Assembly: GCF_004010195.1 (NCBI RefSeq)
Contig: NC_057719.1
Location: forward strand, 52,381,529-52,443,380
Source of the DNA: Chiloscyllium plagiosum
Lineage: Eukaryota
DNA: 61,852 nucleotides
Reading direction: 5' to 3'
This document shows positions 11,838 through 24,770 of this stretch, piece after piece. Positions within the stretch are counted from its first letter, which is position 1, and each line of letters opens with the position of its first letter. The notes below the pieces were generated by a model that saw nothing but the letters and a program-made list of their open reading frames with translations, was not told the DNA's origin and searched no databases. The position numbers and the translations under genes are program-made.

Positions 11838-12590
11838 TCTTTATTCATTTATGACATGAAGGCATCACTGATTGGGCCAGCATTTATTACCCATCTCTAG
11901 TTGCCCTTGAGAAGGAGTAGTGTTGAGCTGCCTTCTTGAACCACTACAGTCTATGTGCGATAAATTGATCCACAATACCATTAATGAGGGAGCTCTGGGA
12001 TTTTAATCCAATAACTATGAAGGAATGGTGATATATTTCCAAATTAGGATGGTGAGTGACAGGGATGGGAACCTGTGAGTAGTGGTCTTTCCATCTATCT
12101 GCTGCCCTTGTCATTCCAGATGGTAGTAGTTATTGGGTTGGAAGTTGCTGTCTAAGGATTTTACAGTGCCTTTAGTAAATGCCGTTGAGCATTGCTGGCG
12201 GAGGGAATGAATGTTTGTAGATGTGATGCCAATCAAGCAGGCTGCTATGTCCTGGATGGTGTCAGACGTCTTGATTATCATTGGTGCTGCATCCATTCAG
12301 GCAAGCAGAGAGTATTCCACCACACTCCTGAATTATGCCTTATAGATGGTGGATAGGCTTTGGTGAGTCAGCCTCTGACATGTCTTTGAAGCCATTGTAT
12401 TTTTATGACTAGTCAAGTTCAGTTTCTGGTCAATGGTAACCCCCAGCATGGTTGATTTGTATGTGATTCAGTGATAGTGATGCCATTGAATGTCAAAGGG
12501 TGATGGCTAGATTCTCTTTGTTGGGGATGGTCATTGCTTGGCCCTTGTCAGATGCAAATGTGACTTGACGTTTGTTAGCCTAAGACTTGA
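11838..12590 (-). mobile_element. CR1-group LINE family B, 3' part
   Basis: Reverse complement of the 27700-28040 copy (GAGCTGCCTTCTTGAACC; CCAGCATTTATTACCCATC); MDAAPMIIKTSDTIQDIAACLIG. Confidence 0.8.
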
Positions 12591-14977
12591 GATTGTTAGT
12601 GTATTACTCATATGTAAAATAAGCTGAAAATTGATCACTAGATATGGCAAAAGTGATTCCTTCTAAGATACCCAGTGTCACATTTTAACTGCAATTGAAA
12701 AATTTCAGCTATGGAGTTGATATCACAAATTATAATGCCCACAAGTACATGGGTATATGACATGCATGACAGAAACTCTGATACCTGTGAAAAGTACTTG
12801 GTGTTGTTGTTCATTATCCTGTCCATAGAAATAATTATGAAGGTATTGTCTCGTTTAAACTTAGTATTAGTCATTTATTTGGTATAGCTGTATACTCAGA
12901 CTACATAAAGTATCAGGTATCCTCTGTGGGAACATCGGGAAGGATATATGGTATCCTCTCATTCATGGGAAAATTCTTACTGTTTCAAATACTAGCTAAA
13001 GGACAGCAGACAGTGTTATAACAGTGATGTGATCCCTAGTTACCAACCATTTGTGGATATGACAGAATGCTACCACCAATCCTTCTCCTCTGCTCATCTT
13101 TGCCACTCTGTCATCTGTGGCAAAGGATGACTGCTAATTTTGTAAGTCGAAAAGGCTATTATCTTAGACAACAGGATGCAATTTACTACAGGCTACATCA
13201 ACTTACAAACATATTAATTATTACAAATGAAAGGAAGAGGAAACATATGTATCTTCAAGAGGAGAATGGACCAGACTCCAATCGCTGTCTGCCTAAAGTT
13301 TCTCCTACTGCCCAAACTCCTCCCAGTGGCTGTGTATCAAAGTGGACAGAGCTTCAACTTAACTCAGATTAATCCTTTCATATCCATGAAGTGATACAAC
13401 AGACAGGAAATTTAGGGTTTTACTGATATGTGCCCTCAAAGATAAGTCTGCATTAATGAGGGTAGAAATAGAAAAATTGTCTTTGGACTTTTGCCCATAA
13501 ATTAATTTCCTCATTGAAACATACAATGGTGTCACAACAGCCAAAGGAATTCCAAACTACCTTATTTGGATGGCTCGATGCAAATACCAACAACAGCTAA
13601 ATCACAAAGTTTTAAAATAAAATCACTCCTCATAACAATGTATAAAATTAACCTCCCTAAGGATATCAGATTATAAAACTAACAATAGGCTAAATTTGTT
13701 GAGACGTGAGCCGTGGAAGGAGCCTTTAATCTAAAAGTGTTTGCATTAAAATTACGCTTTAATTAAGCCTATGTTCACCAACTTGATTATTGCAGTGGTC
13801 AAATTTCACCCACAAAATTTTATGAGAGAAAATTAGGAATGATATCATTAAAGTGAACAATATTGATAGCCAAATTTACAAACTCAGTCTGCCAGCGGCA
13901 TATTACTAGCAGAGCCACAGACAAGTGGCTTCAAATTATTTTTGATGCCATTTGATCCATTTTACAAATTTTAGCTTTAGCTTTTCCATATTAATTTGTA
14001 AAATAGCTGCTAATTGCATTGGCCCTACTGTAAGGCCTTCTTTTAGTCACTCGTTGCTAGAAAACATAAAACGTACTGTATTTATGTAATTGTTTTTGTT
14101 ATTGGAGATAAAAATGAGTCAAAGATTTTTCAGTTTGCACCAACAAGAAACGTAGAATTATCACAAGAAGCCAGAGGTCATATTCTACCTTCTGAATCAT
14201 TGCAGCCATGAATTATTGAGTAATGACAGAGAATGGACAGGGACTGTGGAAGACATGTGTACTGCATCCATATAGCCATTAAGAATGCACAATATAATCC
14301 CTTCAACTGACCTTGCCCTTTGTTCAGCCCTTGATAATATTGTGAACAAGAGAGATGAAAAGATTTTGTTTATCCTTACCATCCCAACAGCTATCTAAAA
14401 ATCCAGCTTAAACTTTAGCATGCAAAAGAAATCTCTCTTCTATAAAATATCTTGAATATTATCAAATTCACAGCACATGAAACCTAAAGCTGGACTTGCC
14501 TTATTTAGTTTAACCATTTACCCAGCTGCAGCTATTAAGCAAACTATAAATCATTTGTTTCATCTTCAGGCTCAATTTTCATCACTGATTAATTGTTTTC
14601 TCCACCATGTCAGCAGCAAACCAACAAATCTTCAGTGTGTTAAACATCATGACTTAGTAAGTTATAATTAATCGAAGTAGACAAGTTGATTGAAGAGATT
14701 TCCTGTTACTCTAATTTGTAACTTATCAGTCAAAGGCATGATTAAAAAGTATGAAGTGACAAGCTTTCACCTCACTCCAATGCAGTAACCATACAGAAGG
14801 CCCTTTCAAAAAAAACATGTAAAAGCATCCACGGTGTCCACTACTCCAGTTTAATGAATTTGGCAAGCATGGTTGATTACAAAGAGCTGTAAATGCATGG
14901 CTGTATGTAATAGAAAAGGAATACGTTGACCTAATAGGTAGCAGATAACTACCTGGTAGTGAAAAATATTAGAACAC

Positions 14978-15985
14978 TGCAAAATTCTGCAGATGCTTGA
15001 AATCTGAAATAAAAACAGAGGGCTGGATCTTCTCTCAAGTCAGAAAGTTTCCAGCTTTCTGCAACTGCCTTGGGAAACTGTGCCCCAGATGATAGAACCT
15101 TCATTCTGGGTGTGGACGGCGGGACAGCAGGAGTTATGGATTCAGGCCCATTACCTGCAGTTAGAGATTGGAGATGGTCACTGGGTCTGCCATTTTCTTA
15201 GACAGCCTTGTTTAAAAAGCTGTTACAGTTGTCTGGGAATTCCACTCACCCACTCACTTCCAATACTCCATTAAACATGATTTATGCCAAACTTTGTCTC
15301 TCATCCACTCCAAATTGTCCCTTACATTTTCAAAGCCAATCTATATCCCACAGCCATTCCCCAGCCCTCAGTAGTCCCCATGCCAACTTAGGTCCAATTT
15401 AAAATCCACCTACGCATGCGCCCCAATGTGGTCTATATGCCAACCCATGCCCCAGCCTTTTGGTTCCTTGTAGCCCTTATGCAAATTTAAAGTCAAATCA
15501 TGAGAACCCATGATCACCCTCACTCACTTGAATGGTCCCCTGCAGTCATGTTAATAACCAGGTCATTAGCCCCCTCCAATTCTCAAGGCACTTCATAGTA
15601 CTGAGAACAATGTGTGCTGAATCACAACTGTTACCTGGCCCTATGGCACTTTATAATCCCTTTGTTAACTTAGTGCTAGGTGATTCCAAGTTATAGCCTC
15701 TAACTACTACCTCATGCATTCCAATGACAACAGCTTAACTGTTCTACAGATTTTATCCAGACTTCACAAGCATTTATAATCTTCTAAAGATTAATGATTT
15801 CCACGTTATGTGTTTCCCAAGGGCCGGACTTCTGGATTTGGGTTCCAACATTCAGTTTGGCACGTCCCTGATATCTCCATTACTCTATGAAAATGCAAGC
15901 CAGAAATTTCCGGAAATATATTAGCAGGTCTGGCAGTATCTGTGGAGACAGAAACAGTTAACTTTTGTGGTCTGCGATCTTTCAT
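14978..15985 (-). mobile_element. Family-B PLE-derived repeat (14978-15020 and 15903-15985) split by a putative non-autonomous TIR (Harbinger-like) element
   Basis: CTGCAGATGCTTGAAATCTGAAATAAAAACAGA | insert | AGAAAT...AGCAGGTCTGGCAGTATCTGTGGAGACAGAAACAGTTAAC. The insert starts GGCTGGATCTTC and ends GAAAATGCAAGCC (imperfect inverted termini). Confidence 0.5.
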
Positions 15986-18260
15986 GATTCTTGATTCTAC
16001 TTCTGTTTTGTCATGTTGGTCTAGGTGTTGACTCTGAATTGACCCTCAAAGTCACATTCTATGAAAGCCAGTAAAACAGACAAGACCTGTCTTGTTTTAT
16101 ATTACAGATGATAAATATATATTAATGTAATCTCTATCTGGGTACAAGTGATGTGAAAGCTGTCAGTCTTCAGAGGAGTATGAGCAGAAAATAGGGTCCA
16201 GTTGCTTGACAGCAAAAGTCATTTTTGTCTAGTAATTCATCAGATGAGAAACAATCATGTTTGAATGATGCACATACAAGAGTCAATTATTTGCACCCAA
16301 ACATCATAGAGTCAGAGAGCTGTATAGCCCTTCGTCCAACTCAGCCATACCAATCAGATATCCTAAATTAATGTAGCCCCATTTGTCAGCACCTGGCCTA
16401 TATCCCTCTAAACCCTTCGTATTCGTATTTCCATCCAGGTACCTTTTAAGTGTTGTAATTGTACAAGCCTCAACCACTTCCTCTGGCAGCTCATTCATAC
16501 TCGCTCCACCGTCTGTGAAAAAGCTGCCCCTCAAATCTTTCCTTTCTTACCTTAAACCTATGCCCTCTAGTTTTGGACTCGCTCACCCAGGGGAAAAGAC
16601 GTTGGCTATTCACCCTATCCTGGACCCTCATGATTTTATAAACCTATATAAGGTCGCTCCTCAGCCTCTGATGCTCCAGGGAAAATAGTCCCAGCCTATT
16701 CAGCCTCTCCCTATAGCTCAACCCTGGCAACATCTTTGTAAATCTTTTCTGAACCTGTTCAAGTTTCACAACATTCTTCCTATAACATGGAGACCAGAAT
16801 TGAATGCAGTATTCCAAAAGTGGCCTAACCAATGTCCTGTACAGCTGCAACATGACCTTCCAACTCCTATACTCAGTGCACTGACCAATAAAGGCAAGCA
16901 TACCAAATGCCTTCTTCACTATCCTGCCTATCTGCAACTCCACTTTTGAGGAACTATGAACCTGCACTCCAAGGTTTCTTCATTAATTGGATACATCCTG
17001 CCCTGATTTGCCTTACCAAAAGGCAGCACCTCACATTTATCTAAATTAAACTCCATCTGCCACTGCTTAGCCCATTGACCCATCTATCAAGATTCTGTTG
17101 TAATCTGAGGTAACCTTCTTTGCTGTGCCTCCAATTTTCGTTTTATGTGCAAACCTACTCCTATACCTCTCATTTAGATACATGACAAAAGCAGTGGACC
17201 CATCACTGATCCTTGTGGCATACCGCTAGTTACAGGCCTCCAGTCTGAAAAAAATCTTTCCCGACCACCCTCTGTCTTCTACTTTTGAGCCAGTTCTGTA
17301 TCCAAATGGCTAATTCTCCTTATATTCCAAGTGATCTAACCTTGCTGACCAGTCTAGCATGAGAAACCCTGTCAAACACCTTACATAAAGTACATAAAGA
17401 TCACATTCATTGCTCTGCCTTCATCAATCCTCTTTGTTACTTCTTCAAAAAATCTCAGTGAAGTTAATGAGACATGATTTCCCACACACAAAACCATGTT
17501 GACTATTCCTAATCAGTCCTTGCCTTTCCAAATACATGTACATCCTGTCTCTCAGGATTCCCTCCAACAACTTGCACACTACCGATGTCAAGCTCACTGG
17601 CCTATAGTTCCCTGACTTTTCCTTACCAAGTTTCTTAAATAATGGCACCATGGTAGCTAAACTCCCTTAGTCTTCCAGTACCTCCTCATCTGTGACTATC
17701 GATAATATAAAAAGCTCAACAAAGGGCTTAGCAATGGCTTCCCTTATTTCCCACGGAATTCTAGGGTCTACCTGATCAAGTCCCAGGCATTTATCTTTAT
17801 GCATTTTAAGATGTCCAGCACCATTGCCTCTAAAACATGGACATTTTTCAAGATGTCGCTTTTTATTTCCCTATCTTCCATGTCTTTCTGCACATTAAAC
17901 GCTGATGCAAAATATTCGTTGAGCACGTCCTGCCATTCCATACATAGGCAGCCTTGCTGACCTTTGAGGGGCCCAGTTCTCTCCCTAGTTACCCTTTTGT
18001 CCTTAATGTATTTGTAAAATCTCTTTGGATTCTCCTTAGCCCTATTTGCCAAAACTATCTCATGTCTCCTTGTTGTCCTCCTGATTTCCTTCTTAAGTAT
18101 ATTCCTACTGCCTCTACACTCTTCTAGGGATTCACTTGATCCTTGCTGTCTATACCTGACATGTGATTCCTTCTTTTTCTTGATCAAAACCTCAATTTCT
18201 ATAAACATCCACCATTCCATACACCTACCAGCCTTGCCCTTCACTCTAATAGGAACACAC

Positions 18261-19024
18261 TGTTATGATATGGCAGTGCACCCCTCTGTTAATTAAACCA
18301 AACACCCTGAAAAACTCACCTCACCTTGTAATATATTAAAGTATGAGTGACCAAGAGCTCCCAAATTCTACAGTTTAAAGAAAATAACATAAATTTATTC
18401 TTTAGCTCTGAAAGTAAACATTAAACAGCAACTCTTTACAATGCTTAGCCCCCTTTCTCTTAACTGCTTATTACCTGCCTCCAACTCTATAACAATATGC
18501 TGTTCCAATAGGACACTTATTAAAATTACATCAACTTAATTTCAAAACCACACAGCCACTGTTGTCTTCTATGACTTCACTCTCCTGGTTGTTGGGTTGT
18601 CTTCTTTCTTTTTACTGCGAGTATGTTTCATATGAAAAGATACCTTTTTTAGAATGTGTTTCCTAATTCCTTGGGTCTCTCTCAATGGCAGTTGCTTTGC
18701 CTCCAATTTTCAAAATTCCTGCATTTTTATATCTCCAACACCAGATCAACTCAGTGAATTTATTGTTTTGCCAACATCAAAATAAACCTAATTGGTTTTA
18801 GTATCCTGGGGCATAATTTAAACTGATTGGTTAAATTTGAATTGTTGTCAAAACAGCAACCAAAACTCAGGGATCCATTTCACAGTCAACTGTTACTTAA
18901 TTTCAATTTTCCAGTACACTCTGGGGCTGCCATCTAGTCATATCACAGGTGCTTGTAAGCTCTCAGTTCAGAACAGCATTCACTCTCTCTTAAAGGCACA
19001 GTACACGCCTTCAACTTCTTAACA
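18261..19024. mobile_element. Solo LTR (764 bp) inserted in the CR1
   Basis: TGTTATGA...TCTTAACA (TG..CA ends, 7/8 inverted termini), flanked by ACAC/ATAC (4-bp TSD, one mismatch). The CR1 sequence resumes on either side. Confidence 0.8.
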
Positions 19025-19562
19025 ATACAGTCTCTGGACTCTCATTTTCTCAATTTTGAAGGCTTCCGATTTACCAGCCGTCCCTTTACCTGTGAACATC
19101 TGCCCCCAGTCAACTTTGGAAAGTCTTGCGTTATACTGTCAAAATTGGCCTTCCTCCAATTTAGAATTATAACTTTTAGATTCGGTTTATCCTTTTCCAT
19201 CACTATTTTAAAATTAATAGAAATATGGTCACTGGCCCCAAAGTGCTCCCCCACTGACACTTAAGTCATCTGCCCTGCCTTATTTCCCAAGAGTAGGTCA
19301 CGTTTTGCACCTTCTCTAGTAGGTACACCCATATCATGAATCAGAATATTTTCTTGTACACCTATAACAAATTCCTCTCCATCCATACCCTTAACAATAT
19401 GGCAGTCCCATTTATATGTTTGTAAAGTTAAAATCCTCTACCATTACCACTATTATTCTTACAGATAATGGAGATCTCCTTACAAATTTGTTTCTCAATT
19501 TCTGGCTGACTATTAGGGGGGTCTATAGTACAATCTCAGTAAGGTGATCATTTGTTTCTTGT

Positions 19563-19634
19563 GGACTTGTTGGGCCGAAGGGCCTGTTTCCACACTGTAA
19601 GTAATCTAATCTAAGTAATCTAATCTAATCTAAT
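19563..19634 (+). mobile_element. HE1 SINE/HER1 LINE 3' tail only, flanked by a 53-bp direct repeat
   Basis: GGACTTGTTGGGCCGAAGGGCCTGTTTCCACACTGTAAGT(AATCT)n lies between identical 19510-19562 and 19635-19687. Confidence 0.9.
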
Positions 19635-20255
19635 CTATTAGGGGGGTCTATAGTACAATCTCAGTAAGGTGATCATTTGTTTCTTGTTTCTCAGTTCCAC
19701 CCAAACATGCTGACCTTGTTTAAACAAAGACATAATTTGATGACATCTCCAATATAAAATCTGCATCAATGCAGGGATTTCAGAGGCTGCAACAAACTAA
19801 AACGATTTTACATTGTAGTGGAAGGGTCAGAGACATAGATGGCTAGGGAGATAGAATGAGCCAGGCATCTGATATAGCCATTGCATTTTAGAATTATCAG
19901 TGTTTTAATGCTTCGTGGTTGAAGGACAGTTAGATTGAGCCTCAAGGTCAATCTTGAGCTGGATTTCTGAAGAGAAGGTTGTGCTGACCTGCTGTTAACT
20001 CACTAGTGTTGAGTACATTTCTTTGATGGGCTGATGATCAGCAGGCAGGCAGGCAGAATGTTTTCAATTAGAGCCAAGTAACACTTAGCTATACTCCTCC
20101 CAATGTGGATTCCCAAGACCTGCTTGGCAGAAACACTGCAGTTTGCTGTTTAATTGTTTGGATGTTCTGTAGGTTTTGTCTATCTCAGTGATGATCTGTA
20201 GCAGCCCTCAAAGCAGCTGTTCACAATCTTGTTCTCATATTTGAATCCAAAATGA

Positions 20256-20372
20256 GGGAAGGTCTTGTGGTGTAGAGGTAGGGTCCCTACACCTGGCCCG
20301 AGAAGCTCAGGGTCAACTCCCATCTGCTCCAGAGTGATGGAATAACATCTTTCTGAACAGGTTAATTAGCAA
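20256..20372 (+). mobile_element. tRNA-derived SINE (non-HE1 family)
   Basis: GGTCTTGTGGTGTAGAGGTAG (A box) ... GGGTCAACTCCC (B box) ... CTGAACAGGTTAATTAG. Confidence 0.55.
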
Positions 20373-20499
20373 ATGAGCTTTCAGTAACATAGCCATGCCA
20401 GTACTAAAAGTCAGCCTGTCCTTTAGCTCACCTGCTGCTGGAACCTTATCTCAATTTCCTTTGTTGCTGCTGGAATTGACTATTTTAACACATTCCTGA

Positions 20500-21730
20500 C
20501 AATTCATTTATCTACAAACTTAAAGCCATTTAAAACTCTACTCCTTGTGTTCTCACCTGTACTAAAACCTATTCACACTACACTCTCTTGCTTGCTGACC
20601 TACACTGCTTCTCGATCAAGCACCACCTCCTATTTTAAAGTTGTCATTCTCATCTTCAAGTCCCTTAATGGCCACACCTCTTCCTAGCTCTGCAATCTCC
20701 AGCGCTCAAAATCCTTTGGGATAGTTATGTTTTTCTAGCCTCATTAATCCTTGTTAATCTTAAACATTTTCATTTTTCCATCCTTGTTGAATGAGATAAT
20801 TCTGCGAGAAGGTAAGGTTTGCTGGGTGCTAAGCTTCAAAATCCCCCCTCTAGGTGTGGAGGAGCAGAGGGATCCCTCAAAGTTGCCACCCAAGTGGATA
20901 GGGTTGTTAAGAAAACATATGATGTTTTGGCTTTCATTAATGGGGGGGATCGAGTTTAAGAGCTGCATGGTTTTGATGCAGCTCTCCAAGTCCCTGGTGA
21001 GACCACACTTGGAATATTGTATCCAGTTCTGGTCGCCCTACTTTAGGAATGATATAGAGGCTTTGGAGAGGGTACAAAGAAGGTTTACAAGGATGCTGCC
21101 TGGACTGGAGGACATGCCTTATGAAGACAGGTTGAATAAGCTTGGACTTTTCTCTCTGGAGAGAAGGAGAAAGAGAGGAGACCTGATCGAGGTGTACAAA
21201 ATAATGAGTGGAATAGTTTGAGTCAATAGCCAGAGATTTTTCCCCAGGCAGGACTGACTGGTACAAGGAGTCATAGTTTGAAGATATTAGGAGGAAGGTA
21301 TAAAGGAGATATCAGAGGTAGGGTCTTTACACAGAGAGTTGTGAATGCGTGGAATGCGTTGCCAGCTGTGGTGGTGGAAGCAGAGTCATTGGGGACATTT
21401 AAGTGACTGTTAGACATGCACATGGATAGCAGTGAATTGGGGGGTGCATAGGTTAAGTTACTATATTTTACATTAGGATTAAACCTTGGCACAACATCAT
21501 GGGCCAAAGGGCCTGTTCTGTGCTGTACTTTTCTATGTTTTTTAAAACTTGATATCTCACTTTCTTCCTTTAAGCTGCTCTTAAATTCTATTTCTTTGGC
21601 TAAAATTTTGTTCATCTGCTCTAATATTGCCTTTTGTGACTCTGCATCGAGTTTTCCTTCATAATGTTTAATGAAGCACCTTCAGATGTGAAATTGCACC
21701 AAAAGATCTACATAAATACAAGTTTTGTTG
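20500..21730 (+). mobile_element. Old L2-type LINE 3' end (about 20500-20790 and 21545-21730) split by a CR1 insertion
   Basis: CTTGCTGACCTACACTGCTTC...TTTAAAGTTGTCATTCTCATCTTCAAGTCCCTTAATGGC resembles L2 LADLHWL...FKILILxFKSLxG; tail ACATAAATACAAGTTTTGTTG. Confidence 0.6.
20800..21540 (+). mobile_element. CR1 LINE 3' fragment
   Basis: KSLVRPHLEYCIQFWSPYFRNDIEALERVQRRFTRMLPG...RGDLIEVYKIM; tail GGGCCTGTTCTGTGCTGTACTTTTCTATGTT. Confidence 0.92.
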
Positions 21731-21914
21731 GAGCTGAATTTCCATTCTCATCAGAGACTGTTATGGGTTTTAACTGTCCCTCCCCAATGGTGATTGCAAG
21801 ATTTAGTCGCAGATGTCTGGATAATAGCAGACAGATGAAACACATTTTGGAAGTCTCTGCACCGCTTACTGGAGGATTTGATGCTGAAGAAGAATCGTCA
21901 TTTTAAAACCATTT

Positions 21915-22265
21915 GAGACATATAAAACAATCAGAGGGTTAGATCGGGTGGACAGTGAGAGCCTTTTTCCCAGGATTGTGATGGCTAGCATGAGAGGACA
22001 TAGCTTCAAATTGAAGGGTGATAGACATAGGACAGTTGTCAGAGGTAGTTTCTTTATTCAGAGAGTAGTCAGGGAATGGGACACACTGCCTGCAGCAGCT
22101 ATAGACACGCCAACTTTACAGGCATTTAAGTGGTGATTGGAGGCATATGGACGAGAATGGAATAGGGAAGTTAGATGGGCTTCAGATTGGTTCCGCAGGT
22201 CGGCGCAATATCGAAGACCGAAGGGCCTGTACCAGCTGTAATGTTCGATCTTATATGTTCTATGT
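21915..22265 (+). mobile_element. CR1 LINE 3' fragment
   Basis: DSESLFPRIVMASMRGHSFKLKGDR...FFIQRVVREWDTLP; ATGTTCTATGT tail. Confidence 0.88.
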
Positions 22266-22284
22266 AGGTATGGTCTGATATGTT

Positions 22285-22562
22285 TGAATCACTGCTGCCT
22301 CACATCACCAGGGACCTGGGTTCAATTCCAGCCTTGGGTGACTGTCTGTGTGGAGTTTGCACATTCTCCCATGTGTGGGTTTCCTCCACGTGCTTCAGTT
22401 TTCTCTGCTAAGTTGCCTATAGTATTCATGGATGTACAGGTTAGGTGCATTAGTCAGACGTAAATATAGGGGAGGGGGATTGGTTCTGGGTGGGTTACTC
22501 TTCGGAGGATCGGTGTGGACTTGTTGGGCCGCATTGCCTGTTTCCACACTGTAGGGATACTA
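22285..22562 (+). mobile_element. HE1-type V-SINE
   Basis: CACTGCTGCCTCAC...GGGTTCAATTCC...GTGTGGAGTTTGCACATTCTCCC...GTTTCCACACTGTAGGGAT. Confidence 0.9.
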
Positions 22563-24400
22563 TAAAGCAATTAATTCCCTTCTGATGACAACCTCAGCAC
22601 ACATTTCTAGGCTGGTGATGGAATGAATGAAAGTAGAAAATTGATGTCTAAGTCAGACAATGGCTGGAGAGAGTGTTCTTCCTCTTTATCATCAGGCGCA
22701 TCTAGAAATACTTCTTCTGGATGGAGGGCAGACGTTACAATGATGGATCAGAACCCCAAAATACTTACGATATTTACTGCTTCTAATTCCAAAATCTGCA
22801 TTTTTTAAAAAATGAGGACTGCTACACAGAAAATAAAATATCAACGTAAACTTAGTGACCTTACAAAGATCTGTTTGATCCTGTAGAATGTTGCACCTAT
22901 GAAGTGTCAGGGAAACTTCAAACATGGAGAGACCTAAAAAGAATAATAATGAGACGGGCTAACTATTCGCCCCCTCCCCCCACCCCTCAGCTGAAAGTCA
23001 CCTCTTGCAGACATATCTGTTTTTCCCTTTAGGAATGCACAAAACTGACTGCAACTGACCAGTCTGTGTCCATTATTGGCTCATGTGTGAAATAGTGTTT
23101 TTTTAAACTCTGAATGCTGGAATTCAGTTATTGTCGAAAGGAATCAGATCTGCCAAACCTGCAAAACCTAGAATGTCAGAATCAACTCATGAACTGCTAA
23201 TATCAGTGTTACTAGCATCTTCCAATAGTAGCTGCAAAATGTCTTATCTGCTCAGTCTAAGTACCTCATCAATTTCTGGTCACAGTGAGGATAATTGTCC
23301 TGTGCCTGGATCTATTGGTAACAGTTCCACTGAGTTTAGGAGGACAATATCAGGTACAAAGCAGCTGCTCAGTTATGTGATTAGTCAGCAGTTAATTCTT
23401 TCCAATTAAAAATCATTATCTAAACGCTGTGACAAGTAAGGTGATGTGTTGTCTCCAAGTGGATTTTTTTATATGGTACACCTAATTCAGATGAACACTG
23501 CACCAGTCATTGGCACATGCAGTAGGAAATTGCAAGTGTAGTAAGAAGAATGAGGCTTTCTCCCCTCACCCACATCCCCTCACATTACCCAAGAAAGGCA
23601 GCATTGCACGTAGAATAATGATGTGGACATTTTAAAGGTTGAGGTGCAAGGTGAGCTGCTCCTACACCATGTGCAGCCTATTAAGACTTTGGAATGTGTT
23701 TGTGAATACTGGAAGGTAGGTGAAACTTCTCAGCTCACCTGACCATGCTTCTACTGTATAGCCATTGCTATGATGTTGTTGGAGATGACATAGCTAGTCA
23801 CTGCTTGAGACTTACAACCAGAATTCTGTGACAACAGATGGTTTTAACCTGCAGTGTGTGTGTGCATGTGTGTCTGATTAATACAATTACACTTGAAAGA
23901 TCTCACAGAGTTCACAAGCACAGCATACCCTTCTGACAGAACACCACACTTACTCCACCTGCTCCAGGTGTAGTGGTCGCCATTTTCATCTTGATTACAA
24001 TTTTGATGAGGATGGAGGGTAACACAGGTAATGCTTCACAGAGTGAGTCACAGGATCAGCCTTTCGATCCAGCTAACCCCCAACATTCAAGTTCCTTTCT
24101 GTATTCTATTCCCTGCCATCCCCAAATTCCCAATTAACCCTTTCATTTAATTGTTTATCTCCTTGCATTACCCCCTGAATTGCAGCCTACTGTTTAGTTA
24201 TGTCAACCATCAAAGCCAGGATGCTTGTGATCTTCCATGGTTCCCCTCCACACAGTAGCCCATAGCCTCCCATGCTTTATCAGCTTCAAGTTTGATATGC
24301 TGAGTTGTCCACTTCACAATTATTGTTGCCCCTGCATTCTACATCCATTACCACACAACTGATTTCCTCAACATCCAGAGCACAGCAGTAGTCACTAATA

Positions 24401-24698
24401 GATTAGATTAGATTACTTACAGTGTAGAAACAGGCCCTTCGGCCCAACAAGTCCACACCGACCCAGCCAGACCCATTCCCCTACATTTACCCCTTCACCT
24501 AACACTACAGACAATTCAGCACAGCCAATTCACCTAACCTGCACATTTTTGGACTGTGGGAGGAAACCGGAGCACCCGGAGGAAACCCACGCAGACACGG
24601 GGAGAATGTGCAAACTCCACACAGACAGTCGCCTGAGGCGGGAATTGAACCCAGGTCTCTGGTGCTATGAGGCAGCAGTGCTAACCACTGTTCCGCCC
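24401..24698 (-). mobile_element. HE1-type V-SINE, young copy
   Basis: Nearly identical to 53645-53961; (AATCT)n tail. Confidence 0.95.
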
Positions 24699-24704
24699 TA
24701 AATA

Positions 24705-24770
24705 GAGCAGGAAAATCAACATTTCCGGCAAAAGCCCTTCACCAGCATCTGCAATCCTCACTTTTGCCTA
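24705..24770. mobile_element. Family-A PLE pLTR remnant made of two inverted pieces
   Basis: GAGCAGGAAAATCAACATTTCCGGCAAAAGCCCTTCA (minus orientation) is fused to CCAGCATCTGCAATCCTCACTTTTGCCTAG (plus orientation). Confidence 0.7.

Larger units (their letters stand above)
16305..19705 (-). mobile_element. CR1 LINE ORF2 (EN-RT to 3' tail), decayed, interrupted by a solo LTR and a SINE tail
   Basis: VGEHFGASDH (endonuclease); KENPKRFYKYI; GNYRPVSLTSVVCKLLE...SQHGF; LYRTLVRPLLEYCIQFWSP. Confidence 0.95.

Noticed and set aside
13067..13372. 101-aa ATG ORF as a host exon
   Set aside because: No recognisable domain or convincing splice sites; an ORF of this length is expected by chance.
13959..14004. 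12-bp perfect inverted repeat ATTTTACAAATT/AATTTGTAAAAT as a miRNA or terminator
   Set aside because: It is short, very AT-rich and does not extend to a pre-miRNA-length stem.
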